A stretch of DNA of 63,380 nucleotides, the filler included, from Saprolegnia diclina VS20 (lineage: Eukaryota): assembly GCF_000281045.1 (NCBI RefSeq). It is 8 parts of 4 records of this genome, joined end to end, with 100 filler letters (N's around TTAATTAATTAA, not from the genome) between each part and the next. Parts side by side here need not be neighbours in the genome. Positions count along the whole stretch, not along the records: positions 22,889 to 39,818 come from NW_008246198.1; 7 more parts are not named here. The stretch is one strand, 5' to 3'. Within the stretch, counting starts at the first letter, position 1. Each line of letters starts with the position of its first letter. A program made the position numbers and the translations under genes. A model generated the notes under the pieces. It worked only from the letters and a program-made list of their open reading frames with translations. It had not been told where the DNA came from and did no database searches. This document shows positions 23,495 through 36,826 of this stretch, piece after piece.

Positions 23495-24748
23495 TTACAA
23501 ATGGCTGCCCTCCTTGGTCAAGCGCAAGTGCTGCAGTTGGCAGAGCACCGCAGCATAGTGCCGCATAAAGAACGTCCGCTGGTCGAAATGACCCTTGGTC
23601 AGCTTGGCAGTGAGCTGCGCACAAAGCTCCTTGTCAGTTGCCGCATCGACATTGTAGACGGCAGCGAGGTCGCGCAAAGCCACGTCGCCTTGGGATGTGA
23701 ACGGGTGCCGGATCGTGTAGAACGTCCTGCACCGTGTCATGGACGGTCCAACGCGGTCAGCCACGATCCTAGTCGACTAGCTTCCACCTCTGTCGTTTAA
23801 AGCACCGGAGGGTCGTACCACTGCTTGGTGTCGATCGTCCATTGGCGTCCGTCATCAATGTCTTCCCTTGGGCGGTCGGCCTCGTCGTGCAAAATCGTTC
23901 GCAGAGCAATCGTCATCCGATCGGGCTCCCGGAACCGGCCGCTAAGGACGTTGTAGCGGACGACGCGCTGGCCCGGGTACGGAATCTCTTCTGGGAGGTA
24001 CTGGATGTCTTGGCGCTGTGTTTGTGAAAAGGCGTCGACGTCGAGGGGCCCGGCCAAACTCTGGTCGCGGTACGCGCGAGCAAACGTCTTTTCGGCGACC
24101 CAGTACCCGGCGGCGACGTCGTCAAGGTCAAATGGCATCAACTCTTGCGTCATGACTTGAATGCAAAGGAGCGGGCATGCCATGTCGTCGCCAAAGGATA
24201 CGTGCACGTCGAGGCAGTGGCTGGCGTCGGTGGGAAAAGCCACGTGGGCAAGCGCTCTGTCCGTGTTGTGGTAGCCCTGCCGTAGAATCCACTCGTACGC
24301 CACTTGGCGCGACGCGTCGTCGCCAGCGAGCAGCTGCGAGTGGCGCCACGTCTCCTCGACAAGGCTCGGTACACGCTAGTGAAGCATATGCGCATGTGAG
24401 AAGGCGAGGCGGGCATACCTCGTTGGGCCGCACGACGCGTGCCATCCAGTCTTGGAGCGTCGCAAGCAGCGTCTTGGCATGGGCCACTTGGCGCTTCAGC
24501 GATCGGTTTTCACGCACTTGCTCGAGCGTGTCGTCCTGGAGCGCCTTGGCCACGTCGTGCCACGACAGCGTCGCGATGTGCCCCGACCGCTTTGGGATCG
24601 CTTCGAGCTCCTGCGTCAGATCGTAGATGTAGTTGCGCAGCGACTGCATCTGCCGCGCACGCTTGGACCGAATGTGCGCCAGGCGCGGGTCCTTCGATGG
24701 CCGCAGGCGTGGCGGCGCGCCCTTCGGCTTGGCGATGGCGTCAAGCAT
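23495..24748 (-). CDS. Basic/coiled-coil plus START-like oomycete family protein, paralog 1 (2 introns)
   Basis: LSWHDVAKALQDD, ENRSLKRQ, AYEWILRQGYHNTDRA, LRTILHDEA, DTKQW|IVADR, RCRTFYTIRHP. Confidence 0.8.
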
Positions 24749-25560
24749 GCTGCGCTGCAGTGTGCAATGCGTATGTGTCACAAAGGTCGGAATTGCGGTC
24801 AAATGGGTTTAAAATACCGGAATTTCAATGTCAATTTTGCAATTTTAATATAAAATCGCGCGTTGGCCAAGTGGAATCGTTGGAACGCTCTGAAATCTCT
24901 TGGGTTTTGTATTCAATAGAATTCGGAAATATTTCAGCATCGTGCCCGATATTCCGGCATTTTTGACTGATACGCTCATGGCTCGGAACAGGGGCAACTC
25001 CCTCAAAACCCCGTGGCGCCGTCCCGTGCGTCTTGGGATCGTACCACTCCTTGGGGACGAGTACTGGATTCGGATATGCGCTTTGGTGCTCCTTGCCAGC
25101 CACCAGAACCAGAAGACGCTGCATTCATCGAGTAGACTGAGTCTACCAAGTAAAACTGTAGCCGGCTTCATCCATCTGACATCTGGTTGGGATGGGGGCC
25201 ATCGTACCAGCAACGTCGGCTGCCAGCATCGCCGTGGAGACGGCGCCGCGCAAGGAGGTAGCCGACGCGATGCGGTGGCGGCTGCTGTTGCCCGGCGACA
25301 GGCTACCACCCGCGTCCCTTCAATTCACGTATCTGATCGGCTCGGTGCTTTGCGAGGTGGCTCGACAGGCGACGACGGTACCACCGGGCACCGGGTGGTC
25401 ACTCTGTTTCCTTCTGGGTTGCACCCACGTTGCCTTGGCCGTGATCACGGTGGAGTCAGTTGGCTCTAATCACTCGGCTCTGAGTCCTTCCCGCTCGACA
25501 GCTCAACTCGTGGCGTTGGTTGAGCAGTAAAACATGCATTCTATTCATTTTCTACAGTGG

Positions 25561-26772
25561 CTAGAGCGGTGAGGCGACCGATGACCGACGTTCCACAGTC
25601 GGCGCGATCGACGCCAAGATCTCTTCGAACCGTCGCTTGAAGAAGACGCGCTGGTTGACATGCGACTGCTCATATCGCGCTTGCACACCGGCGGCAATGA
25701 CCTTGGGGTCGTCGCTCAGAATGTTGTAGCAGGCGGCGAGCTCATTGAGCGAGACGTACCCGCCACCTTCGGTGAACGGGTGGTCGATCGTATAGAACGT
25801 CCGGCACCGAGTAGTCGTGGGTCCGATGCGGTCTGCGACCCACCACTGCTTGGTGTTGAGCACCCACGTGTTGCGCTCCAGCGGAAACAGCTCGTCTTTC
25901 AAGACCGTGCGCAGCGCTACAACCGTGCGGTTCGACTCGCAAAACCGACCGCGCACGACGTTGTAGCGCGTCGTGTGGTGGTGCGAGCTCGAATCTTCCT
26001 GCACGAGCTGCACGTCAGAGGCGTCCGAGGGCACGAACAGATCCTGGATCGCGCCTTGGCGGCGGTACGCCTTGACGAACGACCGCTCCGTGCGCTCGAG
26101 CGCGTCGGTCACGACCTCGAGCGGGTACTCGAAAATGTCTTGCGCCGTCGCGTTCATGCAAAAGTGCTGCGACTCGTCCCAGGTCACATGCACGTCCATG
26201 GAGCTCGTGAGCGTGTGCGGGTACGCGATGTGGGCCATCGCACGCATCGTGTTGTGGTAGACCTGCTGAAGGATCCATGCCGACCCGATGCGGCGACAGG
26301 CGGCGTCGCCCGCCATGAGCTGGCCATGTCGCCACGTCTCTTCAATTTGGCTCGGTGGCCGCTACAAGTGCAATGTGAAACGGCCATCTCGTAGAAAGAA
26401 CGGTACCGTGGGCGGGTGCAGGCTATGGATCCAGCTCTGGAGGACAGTCGAGAGGTGGGCGTAGGCGTCGACTTGGCGCTTGAGCGACCGGTTCTCGCGC
26501 ACTTGGCCCAGCGTGTCGTCCTTGAGCGCGATCACAACGTCTTCCCACGGCAGCATTGTGAGATGGCCGCGCTTGAGGCGCGCGACCTCGGTCTCCAAGT
26601 CGTACACATGGTGGAGGAGCGACTGCAGCTGCTTGGTGCGCTTGGACTTTATGTGTGCAAGGCGTGGGTCCTGCGATGGCTTGATGCGGTCGAGCGGCGA
26701 GTGCTGCTCGTGCAGCTTGCGCTTCTTGGTCGAGACGGGCGTCGGCGCCGCACTCGCGACGTGAAGCACCAT
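25561..26772 (-). CDS. Same family, paralog 2 (1 intron)
   Basis: LPWEDVVIALKDD, WILQQVYHNT, LRTVLKDE, NTKQWWVADR, RCRTFYTIDHP. Confidence 0.82.
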
Positions 26773-28191
26773 GCCAAAGCAAAAATAAAGGGTGTCAACC
26801 TTGCGAAAACCAGCTGCGACGCCAGCCATTGGCCAACAGTTCGGATAGCTGTGGGACTCCTCCTGCGGACCGCGTTCCAAACTACGTACCAGTCGGTGCC
26901 CCGGCCCGGCGCACCGTCGTCATCATTGTCGTCGTCGTGTCTGCGTTCTTGCCAGTTGGCTGCATGACACGCCGACCGCACCGCAGCATCTCGGGTGCGA
27001 AATGGCCGATTTTGGGCGACCGCCCGGCCGCGGCTCCACCACGCGTCGCACCTTACTGTACGACCGGTAGATAAAGATGGAGGCGGTGTCGATGTACCGG
27101 AAACGAGGACGGCGATGCCTGTCCCGACAGGCACAGTAACGAGCGAGGCAAATGCACAACACACGATTACGTCAACCACTGACCGAGTGTGCCATGTGGG
27201 CACCGCGAAAGTTTGCGCTCGTCAGCGGTCTCTGATTTTCAGAGGCAGTGCAACAGCAATGGAGTCGTGGACGGTTCTGCGACTGGTGATAATTTGGGGA
27301 CGTAGCCGGGGCAGGCACCGTGAGTGGCACCGTGTAGGATTCATCGCCCTGCTCACACATGGATGAACAAAAATGATTGTGAGCTGTGTAGTCGTATCCA
27401 TGTTAGTTTACAATCACGCCACGACTAGAATTTGCTGACTAAAACCAAGGCTAAAACCGTCCAATACACCATTACACCGACAGACGACGAGCCGACGACG
27501 CCACTTGCATCTCGCAAAGCGCTCCTGGACTCGGTGCCTTCATTTTTTGCCGCGCCTTGCGTTGACAGAGATACGCAGGTACCCTCGTATCTTGCACTGA
27601 GATGCAGATCGAGTACGAGTACAGTGTAAGTGGCTGCTGGCCTCCACGACGTCGATACTCTCGTGCGTGTTCGAGCGACCGTCGCGCTCGTCGTCGCCGT
27701 GTTTCCCAGACACGATGACTCGCACATGCATCGCGCACAGTCGGGCGTTCTTCGACCGCAGAAAAAAAGGTGACGCGCGTGGATTCAGACGAAGAAGTAG
27801 CCACGTAGTTGGAGCATTTCGTCCTCTGTAGACAGCAACGAAACGGTCGCCATGGGTGGATAACTCATTCGCATCTTCGTACATATCTTCGTCGACGACG
27901 TCTGGTGACCCAGCTGCTCGGTGAGCGCAGACCAGCATCGACGGTTCTCGACGTGACGACGACCGCCGCGATCACACCTCTATCGTCGGTCATTCCAATG
28001 ACAGAGATGGATCGGTAGCTATGCCGTCCGTGCTGCACGACCTCTGTAACGTTAGTGCTAGTTGTGTTGGCACAAGTTGGCGGGTGTCCCAAGTACCATC
28101 GATGCGACGAGCGATTCAATAGTGCGAGCTTGATCACGCTCGCGTCAGCACTGTTTCACAATTCAATGACAAACTTCGACAAAGCGATAGA

Positions 28192-29311
28192 CTAGGTATC
28201 GTGGGCGACGCGGCGCAGCGTTGCATCCAAGTGCGCTCGAAAGAACGCGCGCTGGTTGAGCTGGAACCGGCGGTTCGCCTCGCAGAGTCGGTGGAGGCCA
28301 TCCGGTTGGCGCAAATCAACGTTGAAGCGCGCGCCAAGCCGCTGGAGGGGCACGCGCGTCGCGCCGCGCCAGAGCGAGTCGGCAAAGTAGTACGTCCGGC
28401 ACCGCGTCGTCGTAGCATCGAGGGCGTCCAGGACGGTCCTACGCAGCTACGTCAACATGTTTGTCCTTTGCATGGTCCGTGTACCATTGGAGCACGGGAG
28501 AGCGCCACGTGCGCGGGGCTATTGGGTACGCGTCGTCGTGGCTGATGGTTCGCAGTACGAGGATCGTCCGGGTCGCGCTGGCATTGACGCGCCCCAGAAG
28601 CACCGTGTTGGCGATGACCGCATCCCGCGAGAGCGCCATCGCTTCGTGGGTGTAGGAGACGTCGTGCCCGCGAACGCAGAGGTCGCGCGAAGCGTGGCTT
28701 CGGGCGTTGTCGGCAGTGCGAAAGACTGCCGTGAACGACCGCTCGGCCTCAAAGACACCGGCGGTCGCAGTCGGTAGTGCGTACGGCAGCAGCATCTGCG
28801 TCGTGACGTGGAGCGCAAAGGCATTCGTGTCGCTCGTGGTGTCGCCAAGCGAATAGCCAATGTCGACGTGCTCGGCTCTTGGATCGAGTGGGTAGAATTG
28901 CTGGTCCATGACAGCAAACGTCTGCGCGTACTGCTGGCGAATGAGCCACGCAAATGCCATCTCGCGCGACGCTGTTGAGCCGCGAAGGAGATAGGACGCT
29001 GCATAAGGCTAGCCACGAGAAGGGTGAGACCAAGACCTCGATTGATATGGTCGTACATCGTCGGACGCCGTGCGGAGGTTGCGGTGCACCCACGTGTGCA
29101 TGTGCGCGAGGAGCTGGCGCTGGTCCTCAAGGCGCTGCTTGAGCGTCCGGTGATCCGTGACAAGCGATAGAAAGTCGTCCTTGAGCGCGAGGGCCACGTC
29201 TTCCCAGGGCAGCTGTGTCGTTTGGCCGCGCCGCAGCGCCCGCAGTGTACACTCGAGGTCGTAGACTTGGCGCTGGAGCTCGCGAATGGCCCGCTTGCGC
29301 TCGACCGACAT
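28192..29311 (-). CDS. Same family, paralog 3 (2 introns)
   Basis: LPWEDVALALKDD, AFAWLIRQQY, LRTISHDDAYP, LQW|TVLD, RCRTYY, NQRAFF; stop at 28192-28194. Confidence 0.8.
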
Positions 29312-30134
29312 GGGTGCGACCGATGGTAATCACTTGTGTGCTTCGCATCCAATACGCACGTGTTGACGTGCCCGATGACGCCTCGCGACTGAGACGAGGC
29401 AAGTCCCACCACGCGTAAAGACAGAGTCGTCGGACGGGCATCGAAGCACCAGTCGTCACGCGCTTTGCGTTGCAGGACCAGGTCGTGACGGAGGCTCATG
29501 TCAACACCCCATGGCCCGACGTATCCCACTAACGTTAGGAACCAACCGTGTTCATCTCATCAACCAGCCTGCACCAATCGTCGTCGTCGCGCGGTGGACG
29601 GCACTCTCGCGCTGTGCAATGCGAGCGAACCGGGTGCGATAGTCCAACGCAAGTGCGGTGCCGCCAACAGACATGCCGCCGCCATGCTGACCCACGGTGA
29701 CAGCGCGGCAGGACGCGGCACAACGCATGGGCTAGCCACAGTGCGTCACTGGTCACGGCGCACCGTTGTCGTGAGGCCGTGCGGCGGCACGCCGACGCGC
29801 AGGGTGGGTACTGTCGCTTTGCTCCACCGCGGTGCCAGTTGTCGCGTCAAAGAGCAGGGCCGTCAATCCACCGCAGCAGCGTCGCCTAGTACCGTACAGT
29901 ACCCTCTGTTGAGCTCACGCTGTGTGACCCCCGTTGGGCTGTAGTTGGGACAACTGGTCCACGCATCGATCCTCGCCACCCGCAATACAAAACACCATCG
30001 TACAAGCGCGAGTGAACATTGGTGGCATAAGTTTACGCTGTGGCAAGACGCAGCGACGGGTTGCGTGGGGTCGTCCATAACGATCGAAGGTTCGATCCTT
30101 GCAAAGCGTCGACATTTCCATGCTATTATTGAAT

Positions 30135-31300
30135 TTAGGAGTTTGCAAACGACGACGACCTCCTCAAAGTGGCCAGAACGCGGTGAACGTGGTCCCGGAA
30201 AAAGGCGCGTTGGTGCGTGTGCAGCTCGTGGAAGAAGTGTCGGAGGCCAGTGATGCGCGCGGCGTCGGTCTCGGCCGGCGGCACGTTGCAGCAGGCCGCG
30301 AGTGCTTCAAGCGAGACGTAGCCCTCGGCTGTGCACGGGTGGTGCATCGTATAGTACGTTCGACAGCGCGTGCCCATCGGCGTCGCTACCAGAAGGACCC
30401 TACCCTCCAATAAGTACACAGGTTGTCCAGTCGAAAAGCGACTACCATTGCGACGACTCGACCGACCACGCAGTGGCCGCGACGGGAAATGCGTCGTCTT
30501 GCAGGATCGAGCGCGCCACCACAATGCTGTGGCCGTCGCCGACGTTGTCGAATCGGCCAAAGAGGTAGTTCATCTTGAGCTCTTGGTCGTTGCTGCCGGC
30601 CTCTTCTTGCTGGTATCGCACCCAGTCCCGCGCGCGCACGGGCAGCGCCAAGCGCGACGGCTGCCGCTGCCGGAGCTGCCGGTACACGTCGTTGAAGGTT
30701 TCTTCCGCATACCAAATGCTGTCGGTTGTATCGAGGAGCGACGCGCGCACGAAGAATTCGTGGGCGACATGCGTCGTAAAGACTCCGTCGTCGCTCACGC
30801 GCACGTCAACGTCGAGGTACTCGAGGTCACCACCGCTTCGGGACGGGAACGGCCGCTGCTGCATGGCGCGGTCTGTGTTGAAGCGGAGCTGGTTGAGGAT
30901 CCACGCGTACGCTGTCTCGCGCGCCGTAGCGTCGCCCGCCCCGAGGTGCGAGTGGCGCCACGTCTCCCGAAAGTCGAGGCTCTACCAAAGTTCATGATAG
31001 CGATAGCGCGACCATTGAGCGTACTACCTTGGGCGGGCGTAGCGTGAGCACGAGCGACTGCAAGTAGGTTGTGAGCGCTTCCACGTGGCGGAGCTCCTTC
31101 TTGAGGCGGCGGTTCTCCGCGACCCCCTGCAGCATGTCGTCCTGGAGCGCCCCAGCGACGTCCGCCCACGGCAGCGGCGCAATGCGGGCCCGACCCAGAC
31201 GAACCCGCGTCGACTCGAGCGCATGGATGTGGGCGCGCAGCGCGAGGACGACCTGGGACCGGCGCCGCTTGACGCGCTTGGTCGGTGCTCGGGTCGACAT
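30135..31300 (-). CDS. Same family, paralog 4 (2 introns)
   Basis: LPWADVAGALQDD, ENRRLKKE, RSILQDDAFP, RCRTYYTMHHP, HQRAFF. Confidence 0.8.
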
Positions 31301-31842
31301 GTTCAATAAGAGCTGGTTGTGCGACATGTGGTAGGGCCCACCCTGGGGTCCCACCCCAGCCCATGGGCCCCTTTGTCCCAAAAACCCAATCGGCCAGATC
31401 CACTCAAAATTTGGCTCGTCTTCAACGAGCGGCAAGTGTTGGCGCGCGGTCGTAAGAGGTTGTCGTGACGCTGCCAGCGTGATCACGAGACACACCATGG
31501 GCTATACTCAGTCGTGGGCTACAGTACCCTAAGTGCAGTTGCCTCTCGCGTCCTACTTAGAGTAAACAGGAATAGTCGGCACCTCTCCCGGCTATATAGC
31601 GCTGGAGACAGCGTCCCTCTCACCCCGAAGGAGTCGAGTATGGTAGACACTCGTTGTCAGCGACCGAGTCAGACACTCTACCAAGTGGACTGACCGAAGG
31701 GACTGTCGCCGCAAAAATTACTCTACGCTCCAAACGGCGTGCACGGCGCTCGTCGTCGTTGAGAGGTGACGCCAACGGTGTCGGTATCAGCACACAACAG
31801 ATACTGTACACAAATGCCAATGTTCGTGGGGTGAGGTTTAAG

Positions 31843-32895
31843 TTAATGGCCGCTCGTAGCCCTGGCGGCAGTACACGCGATCGCATTCACAAGGTGCGTC
31901 ATGAAGAACGCGCGCTGCGTCGTGTGGAGGTTCCGCAGTCGGGTCGTGATTTGCGCCTTGACCGTGTCCGCGTTCGGGTTCAATGGGATGAGCGAGCAGG
32001 TCGCATAGTCGGCCAGCGAGACGTACCCGCTCGCGGTGCTCGGGTGGTCGACCGTGTAGTACGTGCGCACGCGCGTCGTGTGGTCGTTTAGGCGCTCGGC
32101 GACGACCCACTGCTTCGTGTCGACGTTCCACGTGCTCGCACCTTGGCTCGGGTACACGTCGTCGTGCAGCACCGTGCGCAGCACCATCGTCGTGCGCTCT
32201 TCGTTGTCGTGGAAGCGGCCCATGAGCACGTTATCGCTGATCTTTTGGTCGGTGCTACCGAGATCTTCGCGTATATAGAGCACGTCGGCGTCCGCGGCCA
32301 AGTACTTGCACGCGCCCTTATTGTGAAAGTCGCGGTTGGCGGCAAACGCCTGTGTGAACGTCTGCTCTGCTGCCCAGTAGCCGCGCGCGACATCGGGTAG
32401 CGCGTACGGCAGGATCATTTGGGTGGCGACGCCGACGCTGAAGCGGTCGTCGTCGTCGCAATGCACCGCCACGTCAATGAACGGCGCGGGATCGTTGATC
32501 GGGTAGACAGCGTTGGCCATTGCGGCCGGCGTGTGGTAGTATACTTGGTGGAGCACCCAGTCGTAGGCGGCTTGACGGAACGTCTCGTCGCCCGCGAGCA
32601 AGTGCGAGTGGCGCCAGTTCTCGCGCGCGCCGAGCGTCCGCGTTGGCTGCCACGACTGGACCCACTGCTGGAGCAGCGGCAGGAGCCGCTTATTGCGCGC
32701 GATGGCCTGCTTGAGCGACCGGTTGTCGCGGACCTTGTCGAGCATGTCGTCTTTGAGCGCTTGTGCGACGTCTTCCCATGGCAGCTGTGTCGATGCACGC
32801 GTGCGCTTCTGGCGCAGGACTTGCTCCAGCGCATACGCGTCGTGGCGCAGCTTATTGACGAGCTCGGACGTCTTGAGCCGCTTCCGGGGCTGCAT
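31843..32895 (-). CDS. Same family, paralog 5 (intronless, 350 aa)
   Basis: One ORF carrying all family motifs: LPWEDVAQALKDD, WRHSHLLAGD, AYDWVLHQVY, LRTVLHDD, DTKQW, QRAFF. Confidence 0.88.
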   Translation of the reverse strand: MQPRKRLKTSELVNKLRHDAYALEQVLRQKRTRASTQLPWEDVAQALKDDMLDKVRDNRSLKQAIARNKRLLPLLQQWVQSWQPTRTLGARENWRHSHLLAGDETFRQAAYDWVLHQVYYHTPAAMANAVYPINDPAPFIDVAVHCDDDDRFSVGVATQMILPYALPDVARGYWAAEQTFTQAFAANRDFHNKGACKYLAADADVLYIREDLGSTDQKISDNVLMGRFHDNEERTTMVLRTVLHDDVYPSQGASTWNVDTKQWVVAERLNDHTTRVRTYYTVDHPSTASGYVSLADYATCSLIPLNPNADTVKAQITTRLRNLHTTQRAFFMTHLVNAIACTAARATSGH

Positions 32896-33449
32896 GGTTC
32901 AAAAGTGCAAATTGGCAGGGAGTAATCCGGATGCATTCGTTTTCAGAGGTTTGCAACAAGCTGACGCTACATGACCACTCTGCACGACCACTCCAGTACG
33001 CCGGCCAGTACGCTTACCCTCGTAGGTATGATAGACAATAATGGCAATTGCCTGTGCAAAGACCACACGACACCCGCAACAACATTGATGGATGTAGCGA
33101 CCTCGTGTCGTGAACGTTGTCGCCGTCGCCATCTCTGCAAACTGCCGACGCAGCGTCGTAGTGGGACGTCGCGCGAGGCGGCTGGAAACATCATCCAATA
33201 ATACGAAGATCACGGGCCGAGGCGCACGGTTGACTAGATCCGGACGCTGGAAGGGACAACGAATGCAGTCTGTGTGGCGTGATCAGCTCGCACGCGGATA
33301 CGAAGACAGTAGACTGCTCGCATCGCGGTGCTTTGGTTTGTCTATCGACTGGATGCGAGTAACTTGGCTACGTGCAGGCTATTGTAGTCGCTGATGAGCG
33401 CATGCAGCGGCTTGTTCAACTCCACGTGATATTAAGTTTGAGAGGTTTG

Positions 33450-34609
33450 CTAGTTACGTCGACGCGCGAGGACGCGGCGCAAATGGGCCTCGAAACGGCG
33501 GCGCTGGTCGCGTTGCTGGCTCGTAAATTTGACTTGTAGCTGGCGCGCAGCGTCGTCGTCCGAGGTAGAATGAACTTTAACGCACTGGGCAAACGCCTGA
33601 ATCGGCACAAACCCTGCGCGCGTGCACGGGTGCAGCAGCCGGTAGTAGGTCCGCAACCGCGTCCACGTGGCGTCCACACGTTGGGCGACGACCCTAGCCG
33701 CAAACGACCGTTCGATTATACGATTCAACAACTAAAGAGCGCACCACTGGCGTGTGTCGACGGTCCACGCGTCGTCACGGATAGGGTACGCCGCATCGTG
33801 CAAGACCGAGCGCATGACAATCACAACCTTGTCGTTGCCTTCGTAAAACCGTCCGTAGAGCGTCCGATCCAATATGGTTTGGTCCGCGGGGCCCATGTCT
33901 TCTTGCGCGTACGCGAGGTCGGGCGTCGTGTCCAGCGACTCAAAGTGCGTGTCGACGCCGTGGTCGACCTGCACAAACGACGCGTCTGCGAGCCAAACGC
34001 CGTGCGAGACTTCGTCCAGCGAGTAGGGCAGCAGGAGCTGCGTCATGCCGTGGATCTCGAGCACATACGACGGCGTCACGACCACCTCAATCTCGACCAC
34101 GCCCGTGTTCGTAGCAGGAAAGGTAAACCGGTGCATCTCGCGCGCTGTGTGGGCGTACACTTGGTGAATGATCCATTGGCAGCCAATGCGCCGAGCGCGC
34201 TCGTCGCCGGCAAACAGCGTTGCGTCCCGCCACGACTCGGCAAACGCATTCAGTGGTGTCTACGAAAAAGTGCCAACGCTATGTCGATGGCGAATGAACG
34301 CTGTACGTGGAGTTGCCAGCTGTTGACCCATGCCGCGAGCGCCTTGCAGATGCGGTCGTTGGCTTGAAGCTGCCGGCGCAGTGCAGTGGTTTCGTTGCGC
34401 TGGTCCGCGACAGCGTCGGCGAGCGCGGTGGCCACCTCGGCCCACGGCAGCAACGAGGTGGGCCGGCGGCCATGGTGCGTAGCGAGGCGCTGCTCGAGGT
34501 CGGCAACAAATCGCCGAAGCGCGCGGACTTCGCGCACGCGCTTGCACTTGATATGACTCTCGTCGCCCGGTCGCGGCGCAAGGTACGGCCGGCGGTGCGG
34601 GCAGTCCAT
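33450..34609 (-). CDS. Same family, paralog 6 (2 introns)
   Basis: LPWAEVATALAD, MRSVLHDAAYP, DTRQW|VVAQR, RLRTYYRLLHP. Confidence 0.8.
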
Positions 34610-35614
34610 CGCAGTGTGTTTTCAGACGCGACACCGTTTTGGGACAAAATGAGGTCCATGGATTCCTCTTTTTGTCACGATAACGCAGGCAACTGGTTGC
34701 ACTTTGGCACAGCGCGTAATGGTAGACTCCACTTGTGCACAAACTGTCGATGGCCACACGACAAGGCGCTCGGGGATTGTACCGGCATGCAAGGACGTTC
34801 GGTTGATCTATAACCTGCGCGCTAACCGAGCTCGCGTTCCGCCCACTGGACACGATCGTTTGTATCCAGCAGCACCGACGCGACACTCGTTGGAAATACC
34901 TGGCTGCCCGCGACGACACGGCAGCGTATTTGACTCAACATTTCCGTGCGCTGCGTTCTGGCATTGATTGATTGATGGCTAGTGGCTTCGAGGATGACGC
35001 AAGCACGAACTGCACGCATTTATGAAGCGCAGCCCGAGCAATCCGAGAACTTTGCAGCTCAACTCGAGACACGAGCAGAATCGAGTTCAACAAAATAGCG
35101 TTAGTTGAAATATTTCACCACTTGGGATGCGAGGACGACACCACGAGCAAAGAAGTTGAGCATAAAAACACACTTTCCTGGAGCACTTCGAGCTTTGGAG
35201 CGAGTGGGTAGGACGGTTGTGAGTCGATCGCAAGTACTGGTACCCTGGCTAATACCAAAGCGTGCGAAGCGCTCGTCAACTAATCGTTGGTTTTATGAAC
35301 CTGCGCTAAATGGAGCCGCGACTGTAACTCACTCGCTACAGCCATCATGGCCGAGCCGCAGCCGGCACCACTCGTGTGTCCTTTCTACAACTCTACCTAC
35401 TTCCTACCGCGTCGTTGAGAGACTCGATGTCGCATGAGATGCATCGCGCTTGTGACGACAAACCGTGTGCGCTAGCGCTGCTCTTCGCGGTTTGGCCAAG
35501 ATCGTCCGACGTCGTTTCCAAACGAGCCAATCACAAGCGCGTATGGTCCGTCCAGCTGGTTTCGGATGCACCGGTCGCTGGCTCTCAGTCTCCAAATCTC
35601 AGAATCACGCGCGC

Positions 35615-36826
35615 ATGCTCTCGACCATCTCGCAGCTGCACGCGGCGCAGGCGTGGCGCGAGGGCTACACGGACGAGACGATCGACCACGTCAAGTCCAA
35701 GCGCGTCCACGAGCTTCATCAACTCAAGCGCTACATCCACGAGCTCGAGGCAACCGTCGTCCGCATCAAGCGCCAAAAGACGTCGGTGCTGCCATGGGAA
35801 GACGTCGCCAAGGCACTCGCCGACGACACGCTCGACCGTGTCCAGTGCAACATGCGGCTTCGTGGCGAGTGTGACTACAACCGGCGCGTGTGCCAATTTC
35901 TGAAAGATTGGGTCGACTCGATGGTTCCGCCGCCGGTGCGTCGTGTCACTGCACAAGTCTTTACAACAGCCAAATCTTCTGTAGCTCACGCCGGGGCTAA
36001 CCAAAGATACGTGGCGCCACGCGACCATCTTTGCCGGTGACGTTGCGACGCGCCAAGTTGGCTATACGTGGTTGACGCGCCAGGTGTACGCCAACACGGA
36101 CCGCGCGTTGGCCCGGCTAACGTTCCCAGAAGACGCGCCGGATGCGCTGCATGTCGACGTTGACCACCGCGACGTCGACGATACAATTCACATTGAGATC
36201 CACCAGCAAACCATTTGGCCCTTTGCGTACGATGATGTCGTGGCAGCGTGTGCTATCGCCAACAAGACATTTGTTCAAACAGTACAAGCGCGCAGCGATT
36301 GCGTCGAGGCGCTGACGCCGGTCGATGACGACATTACGTACGTCCAAGAAGAGATGGGTCATCCAGATCGGCAAGCGATCTTTGGTAACGTCCTCTACGG
36401 CACGTTTGCAGCCAACGCACGGCGCGCGATCATGGTCAAACGCTCGATTATCAAAGATGAAGCCCACCCGATTGCAAGCTCGGTCTGGACCCTCGACTCG
36501 AAAGGCTGGTACGTCACGGAAATACAAAAAAAAGAATCAAAAAGCGTGGTAGGCTCGTCGTCGAACCCCTGCCCGATGGACGCAGCCGCGTGCGCATGCT
36601 CGATGTCGTGGGCCACCCATGCTCGGCCCGCGGGTTTGTGCCGATTCTAGACCTTGCAGCCATGCTGCAGTTGAGGCCGCGCAACGTGGACGATGCCGTG
36701 CGTCTCATGCGCCAACGCTTTGTCATGGGCCAGGCCCACCAAGCCAAGCAGTTCAAGAACCTTGTCCAGACGCTGCTCGTGGAGCGGCTACGCCAACGAC
36801 CAGATTCGGCCGAGCATATTATTTAA
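35615..36826 (+). CDS. Same family, paralog 7 (inverted, 2 introns)
   Basis: HVKSKRVHEL, LPWEDVAKALADD, QVYANTDRA, KRSIIKDEAHP, DSKGW|LVVE. Confidence 0.8.
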
